Source of the DNA: an uncultured Nitrospirales bacterium | GTDB lineage: Bacteria; Hydrogenedentota; Hydrogenedentia; Hydrogenedentales; JAGMZX01 | Reading direction: 5' to 3' | DNA length: 64,000 bases | Assembly: GCA_964569295.1 (NCBI GenBank) | Contig: CAZMVU010000001.1 | Coordinates: 20,559 to 84,558 of the forward strand | Part shown: piece by piece, positions 29,351-42,883 of the stretch | Layout of the letters: each line of letters begins with the position of its first letter | Position numbering within the stretch: the first letter of the stretch is position 1 | The notes under the pieces: generated by a model | The model's database searches: none | What the model was told of the DNA's origin: nothing | The model's input: only the letters and a program-made list of their open reading frames with translations | Translations under genes and position numbers: made by a program

Positions 29351-30139
29351 GTGTTCGGCTGGTTCAAACGGCGCCGCCGGCGGCGCATTCGGGGCAAACC
29401 CTTTCCTGCGGCATGGGCCCGGTTTCTTGCGGAGCGTGTGCCCTACTATAACCACCTGCCGGAAGCACAACAGGCGCGGCTCCAGGGCCACATACAGGTG
29501 TTTCTCGCGGAGAAGAATTTTGAAGGGTGCGCCGGCCTCGTGATGACCGACGATATCCGGCTGCTGGTGGCGGCGCATGCGTGTATCCTGGAACTCAGCC
29601 GGGATACCGATTTTTATCCCCGCCTCTACTCCGTGCTCGTGTATCCCACGGACTTCATCGTGCGCGACCAATTGCACGATGACGACCGCCTGCCCATCCA
29701 GGGCGATCAGGTGCGCGTGGGTGAGGCGTGGTCTATCGGTGCCGTAATCTTCTCGTGGGATGGCATGCTTCATGGCGCAAAGCATGGTACAGACGGCTAC
29801 AATGTGTTGTATCATGAGTTCGCGCACCAGATTGACATGGAGAATGGCGTGGCCGACGGCTACCCCGACATACACGATGCGGCGTTGCGCAGAGACTGGG
29901 CCGAGGTCATGGCGCGCGAATTCGAGCGCTTGCAGCGCGATGCCCGGCGGCGGCGGCGCTCGGTACTCGACCCGTATGGCGCGGAACACCCAGCGGAGTT
30001 TTTCGCTGTAGCCACGGAAACCTTTTTCGAAGCATCGGCGCGGCTCGCGGTTCGCCACCCGGCGTTGTATGATGTTCTGCGGCGGTTCTACCGGCAGGAT
30101 CCGGCCGCCCTGCGCCCGCAACGCGGGGCAATGCGCTGA
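29351..30139 (+). CDS. mtfA: MtfA-like zinc metallopeptidase (peptidase M90 / DUF980)
   Basis: GTG start (M)FGWFKRRRRRR. HEFAHQID zinc motif and GEAWSIGAVIFSW region typical of MtfA. Confidence 0.7.
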   Translation: MFGWFKRRRRRRIRGKPFPAAWARFLAERVPYYNHLPEAQQARLQGHIQVFLAEKNFEGCAGLVMTDDIRLLVAAHACILELSRDTDFYPRLYSVLVYPTDFIVRDQLHDDDRLPIQGDQVRVGEAWSIGAVIFSWDGMLHGAKHGTDGYNVLYHEFAHQIDMENGVADGYPDIHDAALRRDWAEVMAREFERLQRDARRRRRSVLDPYGAEHPAEFFAVATETFFEASARLAVRHPALYDVLRRFYRQDPAALRPQRGAMR

Positions 30140-30212
30140 TTGCCAGCGCGGCGCCCGTAACGTGCTATAGTGGGGTTGATGCGTGGTTTATGATCGACTG
30201 GGAGCAAGCTCA

Positions 30213-31385
30213 ATGATCGGTAAGCGTCTGTTCTTGATTTTATGCGTGGCCGTCCCGGCGGCGATGGTGCTGCCTACCGGATGTCCGCCGCCGGAGGATC
30301 CCGAGCGCACCTTCTACATGAGTTTTACCCAATGGCCCTACGAGGCCGGCGCCAATGCCTTCGACGACACATTTGCGCTACTTCGGCCCCACAGCGACAT
30401 GGTTTCCTTCCACATTGACGAGGGCGTCCCGTGGCCGGAGGCATTCATCGGGTCGGGGTACACGGGCGAGTATGAAGGATTCCTCGGTCTGTTGCAGAAC
30501 CAGCGCGCTTCCGGTGACACGGCGTACCTGGCGCTGAGTTCGCTAAACGCCGCACGCGACGGCATGGCACAGTACCGCGGGGAAACGGCAAACATGGAAC
30601 GTCCCGCGCCGTGGGACGAATTCGGCTTCGGCGTCGAGGATGTAGCCAAGGCGTATGCCAACTATTGTCATGATATGATTGCCCGATTCGACCCGAAGTT
30701 TTTCAACTACGGTATCGAAGCCACGGAACTTTTCTTCCAGAACCCGGACCTGTGGGAACTCTATGTCGACTTTAACGCCGAGGTCTACACGCGGATAAAG
30801 GCACGCTTCCCTAATCTCATGACGGGGTTTTCCGTGTCCCTGAAGCAACCCGACACGGAAGCGGCCCGCGCCACCCGCAAGGCCGTGACCGACCTGCTGC
30901 CCTATGCCGATTTCCTGGGTGTGAGCGCGTATCCCTATGTCTACTTCGGCCCGCCGGTCACGGGGAATCCCGCGACCATGGAAGCGGGATGGCTGTATCA
31001 GGCTGTCGAGATGGCCCAAGGCAAGCCTGTGGCCATCACGGAGACAGGCTGGCCGGCGGAGGATGTGTCGGTATCTACCTTCGGCCTGGATATCACGGCG
31101 ACGCCCGCCTTGCAGCAGGCCTATGTCCGCCGTATGCTCGCTGCCGCCAGCGAAATCGGCGCGTTGTTTGTCGTGTGGTTCACGGTGGCGGACTACGACG
31201 CACTGCTCGAGGCATTTCCTCCCGAAGCACGGGATATCGGACGTATATGGGCCAACACCGGTTTGTATGATGATGACCTCGCGCCGCGGCCCGGCCTCGA
31301 AACCTGGGACAGTTGGCTCGCCACCCCACCGGGCCCGCCCGACGATCCCGGAAACGGCGAGGCTGCCACGACAAATCGCCGGTGA
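30213..31385 (+). CDS. Lipoprotein, putative clan GH-A (TIM-barrel) glycoside hydrolase-like
   Basis: ATG at 30213. Lipobox LPTGC. Motifs GVSAYPY and ITETGWPAE resemble the nucleophile strand of GH5/26/113-type enzymes. Family assignment is an inference. Confidence 0.5.
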   Translation: MIGKRLFLILCVAVPAAMVLPTGCPPPEDPERTFYMSFTQWPYEAGANAFDDTFALLRPHSDMVSFHIDEGVPWPEAFIGSGYTGEYEGFLGLLQNQRASGDTAYLALSSLNAARDGMAQYRGETANMERPAPWDEFGFGVEDVAKAYANYCHDMIARFDPKFFNYGIEATELFFQNPDLWELYVDFNAEVYTRIKARFPNLMTGFSVSLKQPDTEAARATRKAVTDLLPYADFLGVSAYPYVYFGPPVTGNPATMEAGWLYQAVEMAQGKPVAITETGWPAEDVSVSTFGLDITATPALQQAYVRRMLAAASEIGALFVVWFTVADYDALLEAFPPEARDIGRIWANTGLYDDDLAPRPGLETWDSWLATPPGPPDDPGNGEAATTNRR

Positions 31386-31923
31386 TCGCCGGTCTCGCCC
31401 CGTGGGCCATGCTGTTCAACCTTGAAAGGCCGCCAGCACGCGATGAAACCCCTAACTTGTTTTCGTGATAGCATTTAGGTGATTGCCTGCAAAGATTTTC
31501 CGGGCGTGCAATCCGCGTGTGTAATGAAGTTGGGATTGATGGAATGGGGGGAGCGCGGGGAATTGCCAATGATGGAGGCTGACGGTCTATGAATAACCAT
31601 GCTTCTAAGAAGCGCGGCTTTTACGCCATTTCAAGGAAAGGCGCTGGACCGTGTTTTCCCATCAAGGGCGCGGCTCCCAAGCGGCATGGCGTTACTGCTG
31701 GCGTTGTTCTTTACCAGCCTCGCCCGGCGTCTTCACGCCGCAGGGCACCTGATACAAACCACCGTGGCGGAAACTGAAGCCGTTGCCTGCGTGATCAACA
31801 TTGGTGAAGGTGGCCATACGGGCGTGGAGAAGATGCGTTCCGCATCCCTCCCCCGTTCGCCATTATGCCCCAATGCCCCGTATAACGCCACGAAGATTTC
31901 CGGTGCTGGTGGGCGGGTGATGA

Positions 31924-35202
<3,279 letters not shown>

Positions 35203-35238
35203 GCCTGTGTAGCTCACAACATCTAACGGAGGTTTTAC

Positions 35239-36171
35239 ATGCAACCCCCAACCCTGGCCGCCATACTCTGCATCGTTGTCCTTGTTCTTACCGGTTGCAA
35301 CGTTATCTCTGCGGACGCCGTGGAAGCACTCATCACCCGGCCGCCGCAGGCTTTGCAAAAGGCGGCAGAAAACGCCGATCCGCCGGACTCCCTGTGCGTT
35401 ATGTCTTACAACATCAAAAACCTGCATGCGCCCCCGCCAAACGACTGGCCCGCGCGCCTGCCGAAGATGACGACCGTCATTGAGAAACACGACCCGGCCA
35501 TTGTGGGCCTGCAAGAGGCGTTCTACACGCAGGTAAAGGATCTGCTGGGGGCCATGCCCGCCTACGACTGGATTGGCCTCGGGCGCGATGGTGGCAGCCG
35601 CGGCGAATTCATGGCGGTCTTGTACAAGAAGGACACGCTCGAGCCGGTCGAGTTCGGCCACTTCTGGCTCAGTGACACGCCGAATGTGATCGCCTCGGCA
35701 ACATGGGGGCACTCGAACCGGCGTATGGTGACGTGGGTGTTGTTCAAAGAGAAGGCTTCGGGCAAGATTTTCTATTTGCTCAACACGCACTTCGACCACC
35801 GCGTGCGCGATGCCCGGCGCAAGGCCGCCCTCCTCATCCGGAAGAACGTGATGCTACTCCCCGAGACCGTGCCGCTTATTCTTATGGGCGACTTCAATGC
35901 CATCGCAGAAGGGAGCGATCCCTATACGATACTTACAGAAGAAACCGGCCTCACCGATGCCTGGCTCGCTGCTGACAAGCGCACGGGGGAAGGCCTGAAT
36001 ACATTCAACGGGTTCCGAGCCGGAAAGCATGAAGGTGATCGCCGCATTGATTGGATTCTACACCGGGGACCAATCACCGCAGAATCCGCCAGCACGGACG
36101 ACTATAACGAGGACGGCCTTTACCCAAGCGATCATTTCCCCGTGACAGCGTGTTTTACGTGGAAGGAGTAG
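35239..36171 (+). CDS. Endonuclease/exonuclease/phosphatase (EEP) family lipoprotein
   Basis: Lipobox LVLTGC. EEP motifs (VMSYNIKN, GLQEAF, LNTHFDH, GDFN, SDHFPV). RBS GGAGG 8 nt upstream. Confidence 0.75.
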   Translation: MQPPTLAAILCIVVLVLTGCNVISADAVEALITRPPQALQKAAENADPPDSLCVMSYNIKNLHAPPPNDWPARLPKMTTVIEKHDPAIVGLQEAFYTQVKDLLGAMPAYDWIGLGRDGGSRGEFMAVLYKKDTLEPVEFGHFWLSDTPNVIASATWGHSNRRMVTWVLFKEKASGKIFYLLNTHFDHRVRDARRKAALLIRKNVMLLPETVPLILMGDFNAIAEGSDPYTILTEETGLTDAWLAADKRTGEGLNTFNGFRAGKHEGDRRIDWILHRGPITAESASTDDYNEDGLYPSDHFPVTACFTWKE

Positions 36172-36194
36172 TACGGGGTTCCGGCGCGTGAGAA

Positions 36195-36213
36195 CCTGGC
36201 ATGGAAAGCCAGG
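36195..36213. terminator. Candidate bidirectional hairpin between convergent EEP and xylanase genes
   Basis: cctggc-atggaaa-gccagg: 6-bp stem with 7-nt loop in the 47-nt convergent gap. U-tract is weak (ctgtattac). Confidence 0.3.
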
Positions 36214-36218
36214 CTGTA

Positions 36219-37310
36219 TTACGGCAGTTCCTTTCTGCCTGCCCGCACCACCGCGTGAAACGCCGGCTTCGGGCGGCCTTCGGCGTCGAACAGCAGTGGG
36301 TAATCCGGGCGATCGGACACCGGCGTGTAGTTGCGCCAGGATTGGCCGTCGTGGAGTCCCCAGAAAGCAACCCGGTCAATAATATCGCGGTGTGCGAGAA
36401 ACACACGGAACAGTGCGGCATAGCGGTCGGCCTGCTCCTTTAGCACACCGCGCGGCGCCCCGGTACGGAAGCGATCTTCGTGGTCGTCGAAGGCGTATAA
36501 GCTGAGATCCATTTCGGATATATGTACGCGCACACCCAATGCCGCAAATGCCTCAATGCTGCTTGCCACACTCTCGGCCGTGGGATACCCCAGGTCGCCG
36601 TGGCACTGCATGCCCACGGCATCCACACGTATGCCGCGGTCCAGCAAATCGCTCACGAGGCGCACCGTTTTCTCCCGCTTCTCCGGTTTCGCGAGGTTGT
36701 AGTCATTGTAATACAGCTTGGCGCCGGGCGCGAGTTCGGCCGCCATCTTGAAAACGTCCGCCACGTAGTCGTCGCCCAATGCGCGGCGCCACTGGGTGTC
36801 ACGCAGATACTCGCCGGTTTCCTCGCTCACAGCCTCGTTCACCACGTCCCATCCGGTGACTACCTCGCCATAACGTTCGATGAGGGCGCCCATATGCGTG
36901 CGTAAACGCGCCAGTACACATTCGCGCGAAGCGGGCGCACCGTCGGCGTCCTCGAAGACCCAATCTACGGCCATCGTGTGCCAGATGAACGCGTGGCCAG
37001 TCATGCTCATGCCGTACTTCCGCACAAAATCAGCGATGACATCGGCGGGGGCGAAGTTGAACTGGCCTTCCGCCGGATGCACTACGCTCCATTTCAGCTC
37101 ATTTTCCGGCGTCACCGTGTCGAAGTGCCGGCTGGCGAGGGCATGCATGGCCGCACCGCCATTCCGGACCACCTCCTCGTTGAGCGCCACCCCCATTTGC
37201 CACGTGCCCGCGAAGACCTCCTTCAACGCGGGCACTTCATGGGCGCGCGCGCCCGAGGAGATACCCAGTAACGCCAAGAAGACCTGCGACAGGGAAAATA
37301 GATAGCGCAT
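36219..37310 (-). CDS. Endo-1,4-beta-xylanase (GH10), secreted
   Basis: ATG at 37310 gives signal peptide MRYLFSLSQVFLALLGISSGARA. GH10 catalytic motifs WDVVNEA (acid/base) and ISEMDL (nucleophile). Confidence 0.8.
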   Translation of the reverse strand: MRYLFSLSQVFLALLGISSGARAHEVPALKEVFAGTWQMGVALNEEVVRNGGAAMHALASRHFDTVTPENELKWSVVHPAEGQFNFAPADVIADFVRKYGMSMTGHAFIWHTMAVDWVFEDADGAPASRECVLARLRTHMGALIERYGEVVTGWDVVNEAVSEETGEYLRDTQWRRALGDDYVADVFKMAAELAPGAKLYYNDYNLAKPEKREKTVRLVSDLLDRGIRVDAVGMQCHGDLGYPTAESVASSIEAFAALGVRVHISEMDLSLYAFDDHEDRFRTGAPRGVLKEQADRYAALFRVFLAHRDIIDRVAFWGLHDGQSWRNYTPVSDRPDYPLLFDAEGRPKPAFHAVVRAGRKELP

Positions 37311-37395
37311 GCGGATTCCTAAAAAGTTCCTCTGGAAATTGGTACTGGAACCATTTTTCCTTACTGCGTTTTTCGTAAACGGGTCTGAAGGACGT

Positions 37396-39927
37396 TCACT
37401 CCACCGTATAGCGGAGTTGTTGCAGCGGTGCGCCGTCGGCATTACCGAAGCGCATACAAGCCGCCCAGTCTCCCGCAGCCTGCACCACTTTCATCAAGAC
37501 CGTGTTCTCCCCTGCCGCAAACGAAACCGGAAACTTGTCTTTATCCTTGGTCAAACCGCGCTCCACGTTGGCCGCATACACTTCTTCGCCATTGACCCAC
37601 ACCTTCATGCCGCCAGCGCTGCCGGCATAGGCCATGGCCTTCATCGCCTCCGGCGCCACAACGGTGGTGCGCAGGTAGGCGCAGCAATTCTCACCGCCAA
37701 ATAACGACTCGAAGTCGACTTTCCACGGTTCATCAGAGACGGTGTCAATGGGATATATCCGCCAGACAGCCGGGTCGCCCGTCTCTGGCGGGAAGCGCTT
37801 CGCGAACACCGCGTCGTGCTCCTTCCCTGGTATCGCGTAGGGGCCGGTATACACCCACGCGGTAATGAAATCGTCCGCCGTCTCGGTTAGTTTGCGTATG
37901 CCCGCCGCCCGTTCACGCACAGCCTCATTGTCGCGCACGGCCACCAGCTCCGTCAGCGCATCCTCGACCTGATCGGGAAAAGCGCCAATGAGCGCGGGTG
38001 CAAGGGCAAACACAGCCGAGACCGCCTCGCGCTGCACCGCCTCGTTGTCGAGTTGCGCGACAGCCATGTCGAGCGCGGCCGCACGGCGGAAATCGCCAAG
38101 CCCCTCCACCACCACCCCGAGTTCGTCCGTAGTCGTAGCGTTGCCGATGAGTTCCTTGAACCGCGTGGCCGCCTCTTGTGGCGGCGTTACCTCCGGCTTT
38201 GCCAACAGGCGCACATAGCCTTCGAGGGCGAGCGCACGCTGCTCGGCATCTTGCGCCGACCGATACACCTGGTTCAATTCCGCGCGCACATCCGGTGCGT
38301 CGAGTTTGGTGAGCGCCGTGAGCGCGGCCATGCGCACGACGCTTACCGGATGTCCCAGGTGCTCTTTTATAACGGCAAAGGCATCCGCATCGCTGAGTTC
38401 GCCCATAACGCGCAGGATGGCCGCTTTCACCGCGGGCGCATCGGCTTGCTCGAGTAACGCAATTAACTGCCCTTCCGAGCCGCGGGCCATATCCCCCTTC
38501 TGTGCCACGCCGATGATGGCCGCCTCGAGCAGGGGCAAGTCGTCCGCATATTGAGCCGCGTCCAGCAGCGCCAGCAGTTCCGGCATATCGCCACCGTCTG
38601 CCAACACGCCAAGCGCCTTGTAGGCCCGCTCGCGCACGCCGGCGCTCTCTGCACGCGTGAACGTGATAAGCTGCGGCACGGCATCCGTGAGGTCACGGTC
38701 TGCTGCCGCACGGATAAGTTCCTCCTGCACGGGCGGCGCGGCGGTGGCGAGATTACGCAGTATCGTGGCGTCCACGTCTTCGCCCGGCAGCGCAGCCAGA
38801 CTCCGGCGAATGGCGACGCGCTCGCGCCCACCCCATTCCGCCGCCAGCGATGCCATGTGCATGACCGAAGCCGCCCCGCCAATCTGAGCGATGGCATCCG
38901 TTGCCGCGGCGCACACCGCCGGGTCGTCCGAGTCGAGCAGCAGATCCACCACCCTGCGTGCCGCTTCCCCCCCGCGCGCCGCCAGCACCGGAATAAGCGG
39001 GGCCTGCCTGCCGGGCGGCATGTCGATAACAGCGTCAGCCAATCGCCTGGTCACCTCATCGCCCGGTAACTCATAGAGCAGTCGCGCGGCCGCACGCGCC
39101 ACGGCATGATCATCATCCTTGAGCGCCGCCAGCACCCTGCCCATGACGTCACCGCTTTCCATGCGCGTCAGGGCCAGAAACGCCGCCGCACGCACCGCCG
39201 GTTCGGAATCGCTTTCATAAAGGCGCACATAAACGCTACCGGCCGTTTCCTCATCGCCTGCTTCCAAACGCACCTCCGCAAGTTGCAGGAAGGCATGGGC
39301 GGCGGCGTTCATGCGCACCTCGGAGATGTCCGTGTGCGCTTCTTGCAACGCATCGAATGCCGCTTCCGACCCGACCGCCGCCAGCGCGGAAATGGCCGCG
39401 ACAGCAACAACGTCGTCTTCGCTGTTCGCCAGTTCCGCCAGCTTTGGTACGGCCGCCTTATCGCCCCGGCGGCCAAGCCCGGCGATGATTCCTGCTTGCA
39501 CCTCACCGCCGGTCTTGTCCAGCGCATCGATGAGCGCCTGCGTGGCGGCATCGTCCGGGATACGTTCGAGGGCATAGCGCGCCATACCGGTAGTCTTTTC
39601 ATCCTCGAGCAGCGCCGCGAGCGCGGCCACCTCCTCGTCACTGCCAATCTTCACAAGCTGACGGCAGATAAAACGCTTTGCGTCGCGGGAGACGGCATCG
39701 CTGAGCATGCCCGCCAGGCGCCCGGCGATCGCAGCCCGCTTCTCCGGGTTGTTCAGACTCGCGGCCACATCGGCCTCGATCGTAGTCAGCGGCGCACGGC
39801 TGTCGCCGAAGTTGTAGGCGGCCAGCGCCTCCCATGGATCAACAGCGGCCTCGGCGGCATTCTGTGCGCCTACTGGCACAACAAACGCCAACCCAATAAG
39901 AATAAGCAGAAATGATAAACGCATCAT
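37396..39927 (-). CDS. Secreted HEAT/PBS-lyase repeat protein with C-terminal jelly-roll (ConA-like/DUF1080-like) domain
   Basis: Signal peptide MMRLSFLLILIGLAFVVPVGAQN. ~600 aa of Ala/Leu-rich HEAT-like repeats. C-terminal ~170 aa beta-rich domain (FGGENCCAYLRTT...MKVWVNGEEVY...GDWAACMRF). Confidence 0.65.
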   Translation of the reverse strand: MMRLSFLLILIGLAFVVPVGAQNAAEAAVDPWEALAAYNFGDSRAPLTTIEADVAASLNNPEKRAAIAGRLAGMLSDAVSRDAKRFICRQLVKIGSDEEVAALAALLEDEKTTGMARYALERIPDDAATQALIDALDKTGGEVQAGIIAGLGRRGDKAAVPKLAELANSEDDVVAVAAISALAAVGSEAAFDALQEAHTDISEVRMNAAAHAFLQLAEVRLEAGDEETAGSVYVRLYESDSEPAVRAAAFLALTRMESGDVMGRVLAALKDDDHAVARAAARLLYELPGDEVTRRLADAVIDMPPGRQAPLIPVLAARGGEAARRVVDLLLDSDDPAVCAAATDAIAQIGGAASVMHMASLAAEWGGRERVAIRRSLAALPGEDVDATILRNLATAAPPVQEELIRAAADRDLTDAVPQLITFTRAESAGVRERAYKALGVLADGGDMPELLALLDAAQYADDLPLLEAAIIGVAQKGDMARGSEGQLIALLEQADAPAVKAAILRVMGELSDADAFAVIKEHLGHPVSVVRMAALTALTKLDAPDVRAELNQVYRSAQDAEQRALALEGYVRLLAKPEVTPPQEAATRFKELIGNATTTDELGVVVEGLGDFRRAAALDMAVAQLDNEAVQREAVSAVFALAPALIGAFPDQVEDALTELVAVRDNEAVRERAAGIRKLTETADDFITAWVYTGPYAIPGKEHDAVFAKRFPPETGDPAVWRIYPIDTVSDEPWKVDFESLFGGENCCAYLRTTVVAPEAMKAMAYAGSAGGMKVWVNGEEVYAANVERGLTKDKDKFPVSFAAGENTVLMKVVQAAGDWAACMRFGNADGAPLQQLRYTVE

Positions 39928-39970
39928 GTTCGTTTCCTGTGTGGTACATTGCATGGCGCTTCCCCCCCCC

Positions 39971-41284
39971 TCAGATATGCCACGGCTCGCGCATACTGCG
40001 GTCCAGCAAGCGGGCCGCGTCGGCGTCGCCGGCGATTACTTCCTTCGCCGGATCCCACGTGAGGTCGCGGTGCAGGAACATGGCGATGTTGCCCAGGTGC
40101 GCGATGGCAATGGCGCGGTGGGCCACTTCGATGGGCGTGATCGTTTTTGCCCGCGAATGGATGCAGTCAAGCCAGTTGCGCGCGTGGTTATTGCTCTCAT
40201 ACAGCCGGACGGCGTCTCGGCCGGGCGGCGCAGATTGCAGCGTTTCCGGTTCGGTTTCCCAGCCGCTGCGGTCAACCCACACACGCCCCTCACTGCCGAT
40301 GAACGTAGCGCCACCGCGGTTCTTGTTCGACACATGCATCGTGAAGCCCTTCGGTGCGACGGGGCTGGCGCCCGGCGCAAAGACCGCCTCGAAGGCATAG
40401 TCTGTCGCCGCGTTCCACAGGCCGTCTGTGGGAAAGCTTCCCTGGGCGTTGCGAATGGCGGTGGGGCCTGTGTATTCCGTGCCCATGCCCCAATTCGCGA
40501 TGTCGCAATGGTGGGCCGCCCAGTCGGTAAGTTGCCCGCCCGAATATTCGAGAATCCACCGGAAGTCCCAATGGCACCGCTTCTCCGTATAGGGGGCCGC
40601 CAACGCCGGGCCGAGCCAAAGGTCGTAGTCGAAGCCTTCGGGGATGGGCATCTCCGGCTGCGGCGGGCACGAGGGCCCCGTCGGCAATCCGACCTCGACC
40701 CGCTCAACCGTGCCGATGAGCCCGCTGCGTACCACCTCGCACGCACGGCGGAAATGCTCCTGCGACCGCTGCCAGCTCCCTGTCTGCCACACAGTGCCGT
40801 AGCGTTCGACAGCATCGCACATGGCCCGGCCCTGGGGGATGGTCAATGCAAGCGGTTTCTCCGCATAAATATCGTAGCCCTTCTTCGCCGCGGCAATGGC
40901 GGGGATGGCGTGCCAGTGGTCCGGCACGGCAATGGACACCACGTCAATGTCGTCGTGTTCGAGGAGCTCGCGGAAGTCGTTGTAGTCCGCGCAATCCGTA
41001 TTGCTATAGCGCCGGTCCACGATCTCCTTCGCGTTCTGGCGATGGTCCCGGTCCACATCGCACACTGCCACCACGTGGAACTCCCGAATGCCAAGGAAGC
41101 CCTTCATGTTGCCTGTGCCCTGGCTGCCCACGCCGATGCAGCCCATGTTCAACCGGTTGCTCGGCGCCGTGTGACCGCCGCGCCCGAGCGCCTTCGCCGG
41201 CATGATGTACGGAAATGCCACAACTCCCGCCGACAAGGAAGCCGTGCGTTGCAGGAAACGGCGGCGGTTTATCTTGGCGCCCAT
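39971..41284 (-). CDS. Gfo/Idh/MocA family oxidoreductase, Tat-exported
   Basis: Twin-arginine signal MGAKINRRRFLQRTASLSAGVVA. Rossmann NAD-binding segment (MGCIGVGSQG) and Gfo/Idh/MocA C-domain. Confidence 0.85.
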   Translation of the reverse strand: MGAKINRRRFLQRTASLSAGVVAFPYIMPAKALGRGGHTAPSNRLNMGCIGVGSQGTGNMKGFLGIREFHVVAVCDVDRDHRQNAKEIVDRRYSNTDCADYNDFRELLEHDDIDVVSIAVPDHWHAIPAIAAAKKGYDIYAEKPLALTIPQGRAMCDAVERYGTVWQTGSWQRSQEHFRRACEVVRSGLIGTVERVEVGLPTGPSCPPQPEMPIPEGFDYDLWLGPALAAPYTEKRCHWDFRWILEYSGGQLTDWAAHHCDIANWGMGTEYTGPTAIRNAQGSFPTDGLWNAATDYAFEAVFAPGASPVAPKGFTMHVSNKNRGGATFIGSEGRVWVDRSGWETEPETLQSAPPGRDAVRLYESNNHARNWLDCIHSRAKTITPIEVAHRAIAIAHLGNIAMFLHRDLTWDPAKEVIAGDADAARLLDRSMREPWHI

Positions 41285-41554
41285 CGAATAACCTTTCTCT
41301 TGTCATGGCGAAGCAAAGAGAAATAGTATGCAGGGGACATAAAGCGCGTCCGCGCGTGCGCATTCTACTTCTGCATGCTCCGTCTTGCCCTGACCAGCGA
41401 AATGCCAGCCAGAAATCGCATCGACAGTATCTTCGCAATGCCCGGCCAATTCAAGAAGCGAGCCAGACGGGCGCCATCCGCCCAGAAAACCGTTGACTAT
41501 GGCAATGGTGCACCCTATTATACGTGGTGGAAAAAGCCGGATATCCCCTTGCCC

Positions 41555-42832
41555 ATGAAACAGTTAGCTTGCATAGCGTTGTTGCTCGGCCCACTCCTGG
41601 CGTTGCCGGGGACAGCCGCACCGGATCTCGCGGAGGTAATCGCGCGCAATGAGCCGTGCGTCGTGGTCATTCACGGCTCACGCACATCGAACGGCGCCGA
41701 GGTGCAAAGCAGCGGCTGCGTCATCAATGCGCAAGGCCATGTGCTTACCACTGCCCACCAGATTAACGGGGTCGAGCAATTCGAGGGGACCTTCTCGGAT
41801 GGCCGCACCACTCCCCTGGATTTGATCGCCGTTGATGAGGGACGCGAGATTGCCCTGCTCCAAGCCCACGGCGAGTTCGACGTGTTTCCCACCGTGGGAG
41901 ACCCGAATACACTGCGTAACGGCGATACACTGATCTCCATTGCGGCGCCGCGCAGCCTTGATTTCACCGCGGTCACCGGGCGGGTCGCCAACACCCGCAG
42001 CACGCTGCGGGACTATCCCGTGCTGCTCGCCGACATACGCGCCGCACCCGGTTCGAGCGGCGGTCCGGTCTTTGACGAAAACGGGGTGCTCGTCGGCCTG
42101 ATCATCGGCAAGCTGCGCAACGAAGAATGGCTTATCGCCGTAAACCGCATCGACAACGCCCTGGAGCTCATGGATACCTTCGGCGTCCCCTTGCCCGGCG
42201 CGCCGCCCCCGCAGGCCAATGAGACCCTCCTGCCCGCGGCCGGCATCTCCCCCCGCGAGTTGCGCGCCATCGAGGCCTACAACCGCGGGGTCGCCGCCCG
42301 GTCCCACGAGGAGAAAACCCGCGCCTACCAGGATGCGATCACCCTGATGCCCGATTTTTATCGCGCCTGGTTCAACCTTGGGGTCGCGTTCGCCCGGGAC
42401 AGTGCATGGGAGCAGGCCGAAAAGGCCTACCGCCGCGCCCGCCAATTGCGCCCCGAGGCCGTCGAGCCCGCCCAGAACCTGGGACGGCTGTATTTGGCCC
42501 AGAACCGCCTCGACAAGGCCGCCAGCGCCTTCGAACACGCCCTCGAGATCGAACCCGAAAGCGCCCAATCTTTCAATGATCTTGGTGAAGCCTACCGCCG
42601 GCAAGGCAAGACCAACGCCGCACTCGAAGCGTTTCGCAACGCTATCGAGCACGACTCCACCTATGCCCTCGCCCACTACAACCTGGGCCTCCTGCACGCT
42701 GCACTCGGCAACGAGGCACAGGCCGTGCAGGCCTTCCAGGCCTACCTGACACACCGCGGCGACGCCCCGGATGCGCGGGAGGTTCGTCAGTGGATTCGCA
42801 GGCTCGAATCCAGACAGAAGCGCACGCAGTAA
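41555..42832 (+). CDS. Secreted trypsin-like (S1) serine protease fused to C-terminal TPR repeats
   Basis: ATG at 41555 gives signal peptide MKQLACIALLLGPLLALPG. Catalytic triad context (VLTTAHQ; DIALL; GSSGGPVF). C-terminal TPR motifs (AWFNLGVAF, LGRLYLAQNR, AHYNLGLLH). Confidence 0.7.
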   Translation: MKQLACIALLLGPLLALPGTAAPDLAEVIARNEPCVVVIHGSRTSNGAEVQSSGCVINAQGHVLTTAHQINGVEQFEGTFSDGRTTPLDLIAVDEGREIALLQAHGEFDVFPTVGDPNTLRNGDTLISIAAPRSLDFTAVTGRVANTRSTLRDYPVLLADIRAAPGSSGGPVFDENGVLVGLIIGKLRNEEWLIAVNRIDNALELMDTFGVPLPGAPPPQANETLLPAAGISPRELRAIEAYNRGVAARSHEEKTRAYQDAITLMPDFYRAWFNLGVAFARDSAWEQAEKAYRRARQLRPEAVEPAQNLGRLYLAQNRLDKAASAFEHALEIEPESAQSFNDLGEAYRRQGKTNAALEAFRNAIEHDSTYALAHYNLGLLHAALGNEAQAVQAFQAYLTHRGDAPDAREVRQWIRRLESRQKRTQ

Positions 42833-42883
42833 CAACACAAAGCGATACAAAAGAATGATAATCGACAACAGGGGCCGCTCGCT

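Noticed and set aside
39926-41326. 466-aa ORF on plus strand
   Set aside because: Antisense to the Tat-signal Gfo/Idh/MocA oxidoreductase.
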